64,000 nucleotides of DNA from Eukaryota sp. GEM-RC1 (GCA_040285855.1 JAUFOQ010000017.1:744001-808000), one strand, 5' to 3'; positions 21,426 through 35,071 are shown, counted from the first letter of the stretch. Numbers and translations: made by a program. Notes: generated by a model from the sequence alone, not told the origin.

Positions 21426-24400
21426 ATGACTCCCTCTTCACCATCTAGACAACACCTTCAGTCACTTCTTCGTCTTATAGAGAATGATCAAGTTCCTTCT
21501 CTAGATTTACGGTTCTATGATCTTTCTAGTTCATTTCTGTATAGTTTAAGTGGCTTATTACCTTCTGTCCAGAATCTTCTGACAATTGATCTTTGGAGTT
21601 GTTCAATTGGTGCTTCAGGGTTAGCCATACTTGCCCCTAGTTTACCCCCCTAATCTTGAATCTATTGATTTAGGGGATAATGGTGTTGGAGATTCCGGAT
21701 TGTCGACGTTACTCACATCTCTTACTTCGACCGCATCTCCACCTCCCCTACGTGCTCTTCTTCTTGCTCAAAATCACATAACAGACGCAGGTGCTGCCAC
21801 ATTAGCTGGTATTCTCAAAGCTGTACCTACTCTACGACGCCTGGACCTTCGTGATAACAGTGTTCATAATACAGGAGCCTCTCATTTGGCTACTGCTCTA
21901 GAAACTTCCAACCTCATCTATCTTTCACTCTTCCACAATCCAATTTCAGACGCGGGTGCCAAATCCCTCCTCGCCTCACTTCGACGTAACAACTCCCTCA
22001 AAACCCTTGATCTTCGTCTTACTCTAGTCCAAGACTCCTCCATACTAACCCAGATCTTTCAATCAACACTGGAGACCCAAAGGAGATCCCTTGATGAAAC
22101 TCCTTTTCTACGTCGAAAGTCAGCTTCTATTTCTCCAAAACGTGTTGACCGTCATCAAACTGAGCTCCTTTCTATAAGAAAGAATTCTTCTACTTCCAAG
22201 GGTTATGCTACCTTACCAAAACCTTTCAAAATTTCTTCAACGGACCATTCTCCATTGAATACAAAGAGTTTTGGAAAGAAAGTTGTTGATAGATTTGTTG
22301 AATTTGAGACTCCGCCGCATCGTCGTCTTGTCAAGGAACCGGAAGAATTACCAGAAACACCTGCAAATAGTTTTGCATATAACTTTTCTAATTCAGAAAC
22401 GGAAAGTGGTGACGTGGTGATGGTGAGAGATGACGACGTGATTGACTGGGATGATTCTCTGGAACAGTTAGTTGATACGGTTGAACATGAGCAAGTTCTT
22501 TCTGATGTTTTATCAAGAGAAGCTCAAGTTTCAGAAAAGGAAAGTGTTTTAGCTGAACGCGAACAACAATTGGCTGATGTTTTATCAAGAGAAGCTCAAG
22601 TTTCAGAAAAGGAAAGTGTTTTAGCTGAACGCGAACAACAATTGGCTGATGTTTTATCAAGAGAAGCTCAAGTTTCAGAAAAGGAAAGTGTTTTAGCTGA
22701 ACGCGAACAACAATTGGCTGATGTTTTATCAAGAGAAGCTCAAGTTTCAGAAAAGGAAAGTGTTTTAGCTGAACGCGAACAACAATTGGCTGATGTTTTA
22801 TCAAGAGAAGCTCAAGTTTCAGAAAAGGAAAGTGTTTTAGCTGAACGCGAACAACAATTGGCTGATGTTTTATCAAGAGAAGCTCAAGTTTTAGAATTGG
22901 AAAATCTATTTGCTGAACGCGAAGAATCACTTTCAGAAAAGGAATCGGATCTTTTATCAAGAGAAGCTCAAGTTTCAGAAAAGGAAAGTCTATTAGCTGA
23001 ACGGGAAGAATCACTTTCAGAAAAGGAAAGTTTAATATCTGAACGCGAAGAATCACTATCAGAAAAGGAATCAGATCTTTTATCAAGAGAAGCTCAAGTT
23101 TCAGAAAAGGAAAGTCTATTAGCTGAACGGGAAGAATCACTATCAGAAAGGAATCAGATCTCTTTTCAAGAGAAGCTCAAGTTTCAGAAAAGGAAAGTCT
23201 ATTAGCTGAACGGGAAGAATCACTATCAGAAAAGGAATCAGATCTCTTTTCAAGAGAAGCTCAAGTTTCAGAAAAGGAAAGTTTAATTTTTGGGCGTGAA
23301 GAATCACTATCAGAAAAGGAATCAGATCTTTTATCAAGAGAAGCTCAAGTTTCAGAAAAGGAAAGTCTATTAGCTGAACGGGAAGAATCACTTTCAGAAA
23401 AGGAATCAGATCTCCTGTCAAGAGAAGCTCAAGTTTCAGAAACGGAAAGTCTATTAGCTGAACGGGAAGAATCACTATCAGAAAAGGAATCAGATCTCCT
23501 GTCAAGAGAAGCTCAAGTTTCAGAAAAGGAAAGCCTATTTGCTGAACGGGAAGAATCACTATCAGAAAAGGAATCAGATCTCTTTTCAAGAGAAGCTCAA
23601 GTTTCAGAAAAGGAAAGTCTATTAGCTGAACGGGAAGAATCACTATCAGAAAAGGAATCAGATCTCTTTTCAAGAGAAGCTCAAGTTTCAGAAAAGGAAA
23701 GTTTAATTTTTGGGCGTGAAGAATCACTATCAGAAAAGGAATCAGATCTTTTATCAAGAGAAGCTCAAGTTTCAGAAAAGGAAAGTCTATTAGCTGAACG
23801 GGAAGAATCACTATCAGAAAAGGAATCAGATCTCTTTTCAAGAGAAGCTCAAGTTTCAGAAAAGGAAAGTCTATTAGCTGAACGGGAAGAATCACTATCA
23901 GAAAAGGAATCAGATCTCTTTTCAAGAGAAGCTCAAGTTTCAGAAAAGGAAAGTTTAATTTTTGGGCGTGAAGAATCACTATCAGAAAAGGAATCAGATC
24001 TTTTATCAAGAGAAGCTCAAGTTTCAGAAAAGGAAAGTCTATTAGCTGAACGGGAAGAATCACTTTCAGAAAAGGAATCAGATCTCCTGTCAAGAGAAGC
24101 TCAAGTTTCAGAAACGGAAAGTCTATTAGCTGAACGGGAAGAATCACTATCAGAAAAGGAAAGTTTAATTTTTGGGCGTGAAGAATTACTATCAGAAAAG
24201 GAATCAGATCTTTTATCAAGAGAAGCTCAAGTTTCAGAAAAGGAAAGTCTATTAGCTGAACGGGAAGAATCACTTTCAGAAAAGGAATCAGATCTCCTGT
24301 CAAGAGAAGCTCAAGTTTCAGAAACGGAAAGTCTATTAGCTGAACGGGAAGAATCACTATCAGAAAAGGAAAGTTTAATTTTTGGGCGTGAAGAATCACT

Positions 24401-26257
24401 ATCAGAAAAGGAATCAGATCTTTTATCAAGAGAAGCTCAAGTTTCAAAAAGGAAAGTCTATTAGCTGAACGGGAAGAATCACTATCAGAAAAGGAATCAG
24501 ATCTCCTGTCAAGAGAAGCTCAAGTTTCAGAAAAGGAAAGTCTATTAGCTGAACGGGAAGAATCACTATCAGAAAAGGAAAGTTTAATTTTTGGGCGTGA
24601 AGAATCACTATCAGAAAAGGAATCAGATCTTTTATCAAGAGAAGCTCAAGTTTCAGAAAAGGAAAGTCTATTAGCTGAACGGGAAGAATCACTATCAGAA
24701 AAGGAATCAGATCTCCTGTCAAGAGAAGCTCAAGTTTCAGAAAAGGAAAGTCTATTAGCTGAACGGGAAGAATCACTGTCAGAAAAGGAAAGTTTAATTT
24801 TTGGGCGTGAAGAATCACTATCAGAAAAGGAATCAGATCTTTTATCAAGAGAAGCTCAAGTTTCAGAAAAGGAAAGTCTATTAGCTGAACGGGAAGAATC
24901 ACTTTCAGAAAAGGAATCAGATCTCGTGTCAAGAGAAGCTCAAGTTTCAGAAAAGGAACATCTATTTGCTGAACGGGAAAAATCACTTGCTGTCACAGAA
25001 ACGTCACCACAATCAGAAACATGTTCTTGCCTCTATAACCAAGGACATGCTCATGCAGTAACTTTCATTCGAGATTCGATATCTGTTCATTTGGGCGGAA
25101 TTGCTCTGCAAAAGTATACTCTCATTAATGACCAACATATTCTGAATTCTCAACTGTCTTCCTTCGAATTCCAAATCAATGAGCTCAATAATCAATCACT
25201 CCAATTACAATCGTCCTTTGATGAACTCGCTGATCGGGAAAGTGATTTAGACGCACGTGAAGAAGATCTTAATACCAAGGAATTATATTTAATTGAACGA
25301 AGTCGATTTGTCGAGCAATGTAGAATTGAAACCGAAGAAGAACGTACACGTGTCATTTCTGAACGATCGTTCCTAGATGATTTCTCTAAGAAATTGGACG
25401 AGAAGGAGAACAGTATTAACTCTCATCGAAATTCTTGCAACCTTTTTTCTTACCTCTTTAAAATCTAGAGAAAACGCCATTAATGAAAAGTTGTCGTATT
25501 TATCTGATTTAAAAGATGAGGTTGCTGAAAGAGAAGCTGCGGTTACAAAGAAAGAAGAAGATGTTAATTCACTGTTTGTAAAGTTCAAAGATAATTACAA
25601 GAAGTTGTCTATACGTGATGAAAATCTACAGAGTTTTGCTGTCAAGTTGAAGTCACAATCACAATCACTACGTCAACGGTCAGAAATACTTATTCGTCGT
25701 GAGGAACAGGCTCAAATGTTCAAATGTGATGTTGAAACCAAATTTTCTGATGTTGTCAATAAGTACAATATGATATACTCGTTGTATGAATCTTTTAAAA
25801 ATTGTTGCTCTGAAATTCAAAATTTGAACAATTCCCAGATTTACATTTCGCTTCTTCAACCAAATTCTAGTTTCACGGACTTTGTTTCATCTTTTCATTC
25901 CTTCTTCATTAATCAAGCCTCCATTGCTGTAAATCTAACAGAATTGAAATCTAAATTGGAATTTGAACTTCAAAAGACTACCACTAAACAGTCAGAACTT
26001 GATTTGGCCGAGTCCAAAACAAGAAGTGTAATTGCTTCAGTTTTGATCTATCAAATCAACTTAAACAGGTCGACTCTTTCTATAATAGTTCTTATCAGGC
26101 TTCTCCATCAGTTGAGAATTCTCCTCGTGGCAATTTTGAAGATTCTAGCGGGGAATTTTTAAATTTTTCTTTTGATCTAGATGAACGGCAACAAGAACGA
26201 GAAGATTTTCTGAATGAAGTCGAGCAACTCAAAGCATTGCTTAAAAGTTGGCAGTGA
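21426..26257 (+). CDS. LRR + long coiled-coil repeat protein (frameshifted)
   Basis: N-terminal RI-like LRRs (LDLRDNSV...GA..LA.AL), then EREAQV/SEKES heptad repeats and a coiled-coil C-terminus ending LKSWQ-TGA at 26257. Confidence 0.8.
22502..24985 (+). repeat. coding minisatellite: 72-bp unit (about 5 copies), then a 42-bp-unit higher-order array
   Basis: DVLSREAQVSEKESVLAEREQQLA repeats, then SEKESDLLSREAQV / SEKESLLAEREESL / SEKESLIFGREESL units. Confidence 0.95.
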
Positions 26258-26483
26258 TTTTTTTTGAAAAGAATTCATCTTATCCTTTTTGTAAGTTATT
26301 GTTATGTATATTATACTGTAGTTGTATCGATTCGAAATTTGATCATGTGATACTTAGTATTTTCTGTTGGTTGTCAGTTTTCTAGAACTCCTTAAACTAG
26401 TAATATTTAATAAATGCTAACCTGATTCCCACTGTTAATCATTGGACCATTGCGATCTTGAAAAGATCGCCTTGGTTAGATTC

Positions 26484-27070
26484 CAGGGACTGGCAACAAT
26501 TTATTGCAATAGTATTGTTACGAAATTTCTGCCCCCAATCAATAATTAGTATTGGTCCAATGAAATCATCGAACAACACATATGAAAGTGACAAGTTGAG
26601 ACCAATTTTTACTAAGTATTTAACGGTATTGACTCAGATTATAGGTCGAATACAAACTGCAACAAAACCACCTTCAATCACAAAAAAAGGTTCAGCAATA
26701 ACATCTAGCTTATTTCTGTCTACCCATTGGTCAAATATATGAAGTACAAACTGCTTCCAAAGAATGATGGTGCTTATAATACTGTACTTTGATGAAGTCA
26801 ATTTTCAAAAATCTTAGACCTTGAAGAATTCAGGAACAATTAATCTTCAAAAAGTAGGCACATTTTACAACAAAGAACTATTGGCAATATATTGGTATTG
26901 GAAAATTATTGGAAAACGAGTTGCAATCAATAAAAACAATTGCCAATACCAATATATTGCAATACCAATATATTGTTACCAGTCCCTGTTTGCGTTCCAT
27001 GGTTGCAATCAATAAAAACTATTGCCAATACCAATTTATTGCAATACCAATAAATTGTTGCCAGTCCCTG
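26484..27070. mobile_element. hAT-like MITE with duplicated right end
   Basis: 23-bp TIR CAGGGACTGGCAACAATTTATTG; a second right-end copy ends at 26988; no matching TSD seen. Confidence 0.7.
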
Positions 27071-27269
27071 GTCTTCAATGAGTCAGTCTTGTTTTCGGAA
27101 CGAATTCTGGCTATTTCTTCAGTTCTTTCAGATAGTTCGTATTTTCTCACCTAAATTTGTTGAAGATGTTATAGACTTGTTTCTTGTTACTAGTCTTGAT
27201 TCTACTATTACTACGAAATATATCTACATTTTCGAATGTTAAAAATTGACTATATGCCTTGGGTCAAAC

Positions 27270-28022
27270 ATAATAACAAGAAGTTGTCTATACGTGATGA
27301 AAATCTACAGAGTTTTGTTGTCAAGTCGAAGTCACAATCACAATCACTACGTCAACGGTCAGAAATACTTATTCGTCGTGAGGAACAGGCTCAAATGTTC
27401 AAATGTGATGTTGAAACCAAATTTTTGATGTTGTCAATCAGTACAATACGGTATACTCGTTGTATGAATCTTTTAAAAATTGTTGCTCTGAAATTCAAAA
27501 TTTGAACAATTCCCAGATTTACATTTCGCTTCTTCAGCCAAATTCTAGTTTCACGGACTGTGTTTCATCTTTTCATTCCTTCTTCAATAATCAAGCCTCA
27601 ATTGCTGTTAATCTAACAGAATTGAAATCTAAATTGGAATTTGAACTTCAAAAGACTGCCACTAAACAGTCAGAACTTGATTTGGCCGAGTCCAAAACAA
27701 GAAGTGTAATTGCTTCAGTTTTTGATCTATCAAATCAACTTAAACAGGTCGACTCTGGTGGGGAGTTTTATATTTTTCCTTTGATCTAGATGGACGGTAA
27801 CAAGAACGAGTAGATTTCCTAGATGAAGTCGAACAACTCAAAGCATTGCTTATGAGTTGGCAGTGATGACTTTTTTTGAAAAGAATTCATCTTATCTCTT
27901 TTTGTAAGTGATTGTTGTGTATATTATACTGTAGTTGTCTGATCATGTGATATTTAATATTTTTCAGTTATTGTCTCTAAAACTCTTCGAACTTGTAGTA
28001 TATAATAAATGCTAAGCTGATT
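27270..28022 (+). pseudogene. partial duplicate of the 3' end and 3' flank of the LRR/coiled-coil gene
   Basis: Near-identical to ~25592-26428 with substitutions, indels and an internal deletion of about 70 bp. Confidence 0.9.
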
Positions 28023-28214
28023 CATAGAACAATTTGCATCATGAAAACCATAGGTCTCTCTTAGCAAAAGGTATTATCGATATGTATTGTTTAAAGAAAC
28101 ATAAAGACTACATGTAGTTGTGGTAGACACATCGACGCATCTTCTGTATGAGTGTGGGTGCTACAATCAGCGACGTTATCTTCTTTGAGACATTCAAGCG
28201 TATCTTCAAGCAAT

Positions 28215-28610
28215 CTACTTCTTAGCACAGTCAATTACTTTCTGAACCTCCTTATGACAACATCGCCCACTTGGGTTCTTGGTGCGACATTGCCCAGTCT
28301 GAGTCTTGCCTGTACACTTTCGCACCTTAGCCAAAGTATTATCACCTTCATTATCTGCTTCAATGATTTCACCACGAGTTAAATTAGCACAATAACATAT
28401 CGGTACTTCAGGGCTAGAATCCTTATACCAGATTGGGACACCAATAGACTCTTCTGATATTAAGTCGCCTGCGTCATTGAAATACACTACGGAACAGGAT
28501 GATGACGGACACAAGTAAAACTCTGCTGCTTTGACAGGACGCTGAACTAAAGAGCTAACAGTTTCTATAGATACATGTTGACCGATTTCCTTGCAAGTTG
28601 GACAGTTCAT
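28215..28610 (-). CDS. CopZ N-terminal-like / Csac_0668-type Zn- and 2Fe-2S-binding protein
   Basis: MNCPTC...V..ETV..LV...FYLC....C.VVYF...V.IW.K...PICYC...T..EI...TG...C..KNPSGRCC; ATG at 28610. Confidence 0.82.
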   Translation of the reverse strand: MNCPTCKEIGQHVSIETVSSLVQRPVKAAEFYLCPSSSCSVVYFNDAGDLISEESIGVPIWYKDSSPEVPICYCANLTRGEIIEADNEGDNTLAKVRKCTGKTQTGQCRTKNPSGRCCHKEVQKVIDCAKK

Positions 28611-29260
28611 GGGAAATAGAGTTTGGTTTGAGTAAATGTCTTTCTGATCAATTGGATTTTGATAGTTGAACAATAATAATCCAACTTCTGTTCAGCTTTC
28701 CTCTTTTAAAGGTAATATTGATGGCACGGACGTTCAGCATAACAATATTGAAGACCAATAACCATTTGGTTACGGAATACATCATTCATTGATAAATTGG
28801 AACATCATATTGAACAGTATTTTCTCGAGGTTTTGAAAATTCAAAACCATGTTATTCATCCAAGTGGCCAGTTTTGGTATGAAAAGTAGATTTGTGTATA
28901 TCTTCCCCTTCTTAATCCAAGTGACAAAAATGGGTTGACTTGTAGCAGTCAGAAGAGATTCCAGAATGGTTCCTGGGAGAATCAGGACCTTCCAACTTCG
29001 TGCAGACGAGTTTGTTTAGATCGTCATGGCCTGTTTATGGAAAAATAGATTTATTACGAAATTTGTTTTCCCTGAATAATTTCCATATTTTACGGGAAAC
29101 TCTTTTTCACAAAAAGCAACAGTTCGTACTGAACCGTATTTACGGCAATTCGGTACATACGCTATTTTTGATTTTCTGTTTGACAATGACTGTTACAGTC
29201 TACCCTGGAATCTAGGGCCTGGATATGTGTGAGATTAATTAAAAAATTCCATGTTCCAAA

Positions 29261-29720
29261 CAGGGATCACCTATAAAAAATGTATAATATATATTATTTA
29301 TTTGTATTATTCTTGTTGTGTGTTTTTCTCCGCACATAAATCCGTTTTTTTAAAAGTTATTGCAATAAATATATCACAATATATTTATTTTTGACAAATC
29401 ATTGAAATCACCGTATCGTATCTATTGCAATTATTTCTGATAATTATTCCCCTCTGTTTTCTGACGTGATTCCATCAAACAATGACATTTTCGTGTTCTT
29501 TGCAAATCTGTTGTATCTCTTCTGCTGAAAATGTTCTTTCTGATGAAAACTTCTTCCATTATTGTGAAGAAAATAAAAATATCTCAAAGCTTTGATTGAA
29601 CAATCGTCTGGTTATGTTGATCTTTTCTTCATACCAGCTGCATCGAACAAAGTTGCACGTCTGTTCTCAAACTTGAAACTTCGGCTTACTGATTGCAGAT
29701 ACAAGCTCCATCCTTCGTGA
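29261..29720 (+). mobile_element. degenerate hAT transposon remnant
   Basis: CAGGGATC end at 29261; DLFFIPAASNKVARLFS..K..LT..R.KL (~29615-29715) resembles the hAT dimerisation motif PasS..vER.FS. Confidence 0.55.
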
Positions 29721-30482
29721 TGAGCTCATTTCTAACATAAACACGAAGTACCGGAATTAAGACGCCGTGAGAGCTGCTCCTCTTTGAGTGGAGCATCTGC
29801 TTAGTATATTAAATAGAGTTCGTCTTTCTTTTCTTATCAACTGTTTTTCATTCATGTAAAAGCTTTATTCGGCACCCAATAAGGTAACCTTCCTACAAAA
29901 CTATGAAATTGTAAAAACAAACAAACAATACTAAAATTAAATCCAAACGACTTCATCACCACCCGTAAAAGATTACGTTTTCTACATTAACCTTCACACC
30001 AAACTTGTACAATTTCTCAATTAATCGAGAGAAATAGAAAGGCATATTCCGATATATGGAAAACACTATACGGTTTTTCCATTCAGCCATTTTAAACTTA
30101 CGGTTCTTTTCTGGTGATACTGCTTCTCAGTATTAAATTGCTTTGGGACCGAAGTTCAAATACATTAAATCAATTGTCATTAAGTAGTATAATAAATGTG
30201 TTGTTGTTGAGAAATTTTCTGTGTTCAATGTTTCATAGCGAGTTTTTTTGATAGTTATGTTTGCCCTTTGCTTCTACATAAAAACGTGTATGTATAAACT
30301 TTTTCTAATATGTTTACCATTTTTTATATTCTAAATATTTATTAGGACAAGTGATGACAGTTACTAACCCTGCAATAAAATGAAGTTATATGAATTAAAT
30401 TAAGAAAGATGGAATCAAACTCTGATTCCGTAACGTTCAACACAAAAAAATACGATACAACAAAATGAATTGAAATGCACAT

Positions 30483-31816
30483 TCACACAAAATTCGGATC
30501 AAATCTTCTAACTAGATCAACTGCATGTACATTACTCTTGTCTAGTTGAACAGCAACTCGTCCATCTTCCAAAGCTCCTCTGAAATTCCTCATTATTGCC
30601 CTGGTTTTCCCTCTAATTACATAAACATTTACAAGTTTTGGGTTTAATTCTAAGGATAATGAAAAACACTGTTCTGCTTCAGAATAGTTATTATCATTAA
30701 AAACAGAACACCAATTTGATAATGTACAATTGCTAGCTTGGTTTTCAATTCCCACGAATTATTCAATTGCGATGCTGCGGTGTAATCACCTAAAGCTTTT
30801 GTCAAGTTTTTTAATTTTAGAAACACATCACCTCGAGAGATCAACATTGAAATATTGCTTGGACAAAAATTCAAGCCAATGTTTAAATAATGTAAAGCCT
30901 GTCGTGGATTGACATCGGTATACTCTAGATACAATTGCTCAACACACTCAATCAAATTTGATTGACAGCTGTCAGCGATGACACAAACTCGTTCATTAAC
31001 GTCATGTGTGGAGCAAAAATCTAAAACTAGCCGAAAATCATTCACTGCTTCTTTCAAATATCCCATCTTTTTAAATATTTTACCTCTTTCGCTCCGTCCC
31101 AATAAATGATCTGGATCCAACGACAGCACTTCATCCAGCAAGATAAGTGCACGATCTAAAGAAGGGGAATTGACAGCTAAATGAATTAAATTTTCCACAT
31201 CACTTTTGGCTACACTTAGCAGAAAAGAAGCATATTGGCAATTATTATTCATTGAGAGGACAACTTTACATGTAGAAATACATTCAACTTTTTTGTCCTC
31301 CAACAAATACAACAGACTTAGCGCCAGATAATAGTCCGAGTCCTTCTGAAAATCACTAGCTTGATACATTTCAAGGAAATTACGTAAGTTAAACAATGAT
31401 TCCGAGGTCGGATGTTCAAAAATCATAGAGCCATAGAGAAAGAGTCGGTGAGAAGAAAGTTGGTGAGAGAGTGACTGGAAGAGCAGTGACGTGGCAGATG
31501 AAACGTCATCACACAGAAGAGCGTCCTTAGCTAGAACTTCGAGGAAGAAAGCCAGTCTACTGTATAACTTATGGAGAGTGGAAGGTTTGAGATCATCAGG
31601 GTTTTGAAGAAGAATGTGGATACATGAAATTGCAGAACGAAAGTCCAAAAGAGAAGCCAGAAGTTCTGCCTTGTCAATGAGAAACTGGGGATGATTTGGA
31701 CAGAAGAAGAGAGCCTTATTGAAATGAACTAGAGCATCTTCATACAGAGAAGCACTGAGAAGACGTAGAGCGGTGTCGTGGTGAGAATCTCCCAGTGAAG
31801 AGCTGTCATTAGACAT
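30483..31816 (-). CDS. tetratricopeptide repeat protein (frameshifted near 30740)
   Basis: Multiple TPR units (ALVHFNKALFFCP, RGKIF..MG..KEAVNDF, RGDVF......ALGDY..A). Confidence 0.85.
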
Positions 31817-31834
31817 TCAACTTCTTAGTTCCAG

Positions 31835-32056
31835 TTTGAAAATTTGTGTTCAGAATTTGGCAAGAAGTTTAACAGAATTTGCTTTTTCGATTTTTAGGTC
31901 TATGTATAGATATGTTGATTCCATTTTGTCCAAGTTGTTTGGAGGCAACTACGTTTCGGAATTAGGTAGTTCGTTTGATAATTTGTTTTAATAGTGTTTA
32001 TTTATTTGTTGTTTTCTTATTATGTGTTTTTCTCCGCACATAAATCCGTTTTTTTT
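31835..32056 (+). mobile_element. 3' tail fragment of a non-LTR (RLE) retrotransposon
   Basis: GAATT.GGTA.TTCGTTTGATA.TTTGTTT is shared with 59988-60020; TGTGTTTTTCTCCGCACATAAATCCG is shared with ~29320. Confidence 0.5.
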
Positions 32057-32767
32057 AGTTCCAGTTCCAGGTCTTCCTCCGATTTTTTTTATACATCTTG
32101 TTTATTTTCTAGAGCAGAGATTCTATTGAAATTGTCGGGCCTCTATCCAGTGGTATGTTGTAGTAAACACATTTTCTGGCGTTTTGTATGATCTAGTCAA
32201 CAAAAGAATTGAATTCATATTGATGACAATAAGTCTAGACTTTTTAGCACATTACTTTCAACAGTTATATTGAAAACCATAATCAATTTCCAAAGACTGT
32301 CATTTTACAGGTCAATAATTTGAGCTTTTGAAATCCGTACTTATTTGAAAAACTTAGCCGGTCCAGTGCCTACAAAAGTCTAAAATTGCATTTATTCATT
32401 TGTACAGAAAATTTTATAATGAATGTTGTCAATAATTGACGTTAGTTTAACTTTAAATTTTCAACTCACTTTCAATTCGAGTGGTAAAATCCAAACAACC
32501 AGAAAGTTCTCCTCCCAATGAATCAGATCCATCAACAGAATCTTTGCTGGTTTTTGATACAAACAAATTAATACCAAATGTAAATAAAACTTCAGGAATG
32601 AATGAAGAATTAATAATAAATTGATTACAGAAGCGTAAATAAAACTCACAAATTGCACAATCGAAACCCAAAAGATCATTACTTTTTAGAGATGAAAATA
32701 AACTCTTAGAGGTTCCTTGGACTTTAAGGGTGTGGTCCTTAAAGGTTTGGAGATTATTGAGAGATAG

Positions 32768-34376
32768 CTACTGAGTGAATGCTTCAACAGTACATGAAAG
32801 TCCAACAAAGTCTTTAGAAATCACGTCACTGGAAAGGAACCCCAGTAATGGAGGTGGAAGTTCCTGATCATCTTCGACTTCCCAGTTCAAAACAACGATA
32901 TTGGAAGCCAGACAAATTTGATTGATTGCTTTAGATTGATACTTTGCAAAGACTGTAACTCTAGGATTTGTTGGAGATATTGAGTTTGATAGAGTCTGAA
33001 TTGCAGCTTCAGCATTACCTTCTGTAATTGACAAATATTTGACAAGTGGAAGATCAAGACAAATAGCTATATCTTCAGGATCAGGGTTTGAATCATCAAC
33101 GTTTTTAAGAAAGTCAACAAGTGACTGGTCCAAAATCGAATCACCTGCAGTGATATTAAGCATGTCATTAGTAACCGAAAGAGATTTGATTATATCTACA
33201 GAAGATGCATCAATTGCCAGAACCAAGAGATTATAAACAAAAGTCAGACAATACATTGTATACTGTTTGGGCTCGAAAAAAGCGTAAACAAACTGAAGGC
33301 CGTCGTTCATGGTCAAAAGTGCAAGAAAGAGTCTAGTGCAAAAGTTGACAACAGATTTGGTAGTTAATTCACGATGTTCAAAGAAGAATGACGCGAGTTT
33401 GCTTGGTTTGAATGATGAAATGTAAATTGAGTTACAGTCACACTCAAGTATTTTAAATACAACGTATGAAATTGTACCGGCACATTCAGAAAGAATCTGA
33501 CCCAGAGAACAAACATCCAAAATGGTATCTGTTTCACTTATCAACTTATTTGGTTCATGGACATCGCAGCAATAACCTCGAGATTTACTTATCCAGGAAG
33601 CAAAAGAATCAAGACACGGAAGAAGAAGTGTGTCTTTGAAGGGGAAGAATGGGTTATGGGTATCGAAATGAAGTGAAGAATTCTTGGAAAAGAAAAGCAA
33701 GATTCACTTGTCCGTCGCGGAACTCTTCCAATGTTATTCGAAACTTTAAGGTAATAATTGAAGGCGATCCAAAAAGCATCTAGTGCTGCATATTCGATTT
33801 GCTTATTTGTCAATTTCTTAGAACTCCAATTGCTCATTGTAACTTTTTTCCCTTTAGTGCAAAGTAAAGTATAACCATGAGCGGAGAAGACAGACAATGG
33901 ATGAGAAATAGGTCCTAGTTCAGCCTTAGATTTTCCAACTTTTTGATGGTACATTCTTCCAATGGTCTTAAAGTAGTTCCCAATGTCATGAACAGGAGTA
34001 GGTGTAAGATCCCACATTTTCTTGAGCCTTATGATATCCTGGCTCATTCCCTTGAACACTTTCGTAATTGAAGGATTGGTTAAGAGATTTCGCAAGTCAA
34101 CGTTTAGATTTTGAACCTGATGGATCTGAATCACCATACACACAGAGGGAGTTCCGAGTTGAATAACATCCAACAAATGTTTCCTCCATTCACAGTCCAC
34201 AGCGATAAAGGGTTCATCGGAGGGAATTGTCTCCTGGAGCAAGCTAATGTAATCTGACACCATATTAGCATGTTCTTTGAGTGAGAACAAGTACACTGGA
34301 ATGGGGGAAGTTCTTCAACAAATCGAATAACTCTAAATGCTGAATCTGGACAATTGGTGGGTTGCTTGGTCAACAC
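32768..34376 (-). CDS. WRN/EXD-type DEDDy 3'-5' exonuclease domain protein (frameshifted; ends approximate)
   Basis: IAVDCEW, IQLGT, DI..L, MSNWS.K.L...QIEYAALDA. Confidence 0.8.
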
Positions 34377-35071
34377 AAAACCGGTCTCTTCAGAGCTTGG
34401 TCTGGTAGTGTGGCGTTGCTGAAGTTAGAAGTGAAGATCTCAAACCAGTATTTGAAACATGAAGGAGATTTTTTAATTAATTTCATTTACATTTTCCTTT
34501 TGCTATATCTCTTTATGGTAAGTTTGGTTGCTTTGGTCAACAATTTCTCACAGATTTTGGCAAATTGTGTAAGCAGTATGGAAAGAATTTCAATGAAAGT
34601 TACTGGAGAGGAAGGCTGTCGTTTTCCCTTTTCAAAGCATTGTTTAGGTATTTTGATTCAATTTTGAACTGTCTCTTTGCATTGAGACATGAATTTGAGA
34701 TGATATAGAGGTATTGGTCTCTCATTTGTTAATATTGATGATAGTTTGTATTTGTAAGAGTAAATAAAAGGCGTTTTACATTTTGGAATCATCTTAGTGA
34801 TCTTCCTGTTGTTCAGGACTATAATGAATCAATTTTGTAAACGAATTATTATGGTCACCTTCAAAAGGCTAAACATCATAAGCATTCTTGTTTCTGCGGA
34901 TGTTTTCAAGTACTTAATATCAATTTGGAACAGTGTGGACAAGTCCTTATGCTCCATTTGCATTAGTAATCAAAGGCAAATAGTTCGCTCAACTATTTGA
35001 ACAAGTCTTAAGTATTGATGATGCAAGTTTAATAGTCTTTTATCTGACTCAAATTTGACCTTTCTTCAATA

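Noticed and set aside
22388..24986. Long minus-strand ORFs (FPFLKLELLL repeats)
   Set aside because: Antisense shadows of the plus-strand coding minisatellite
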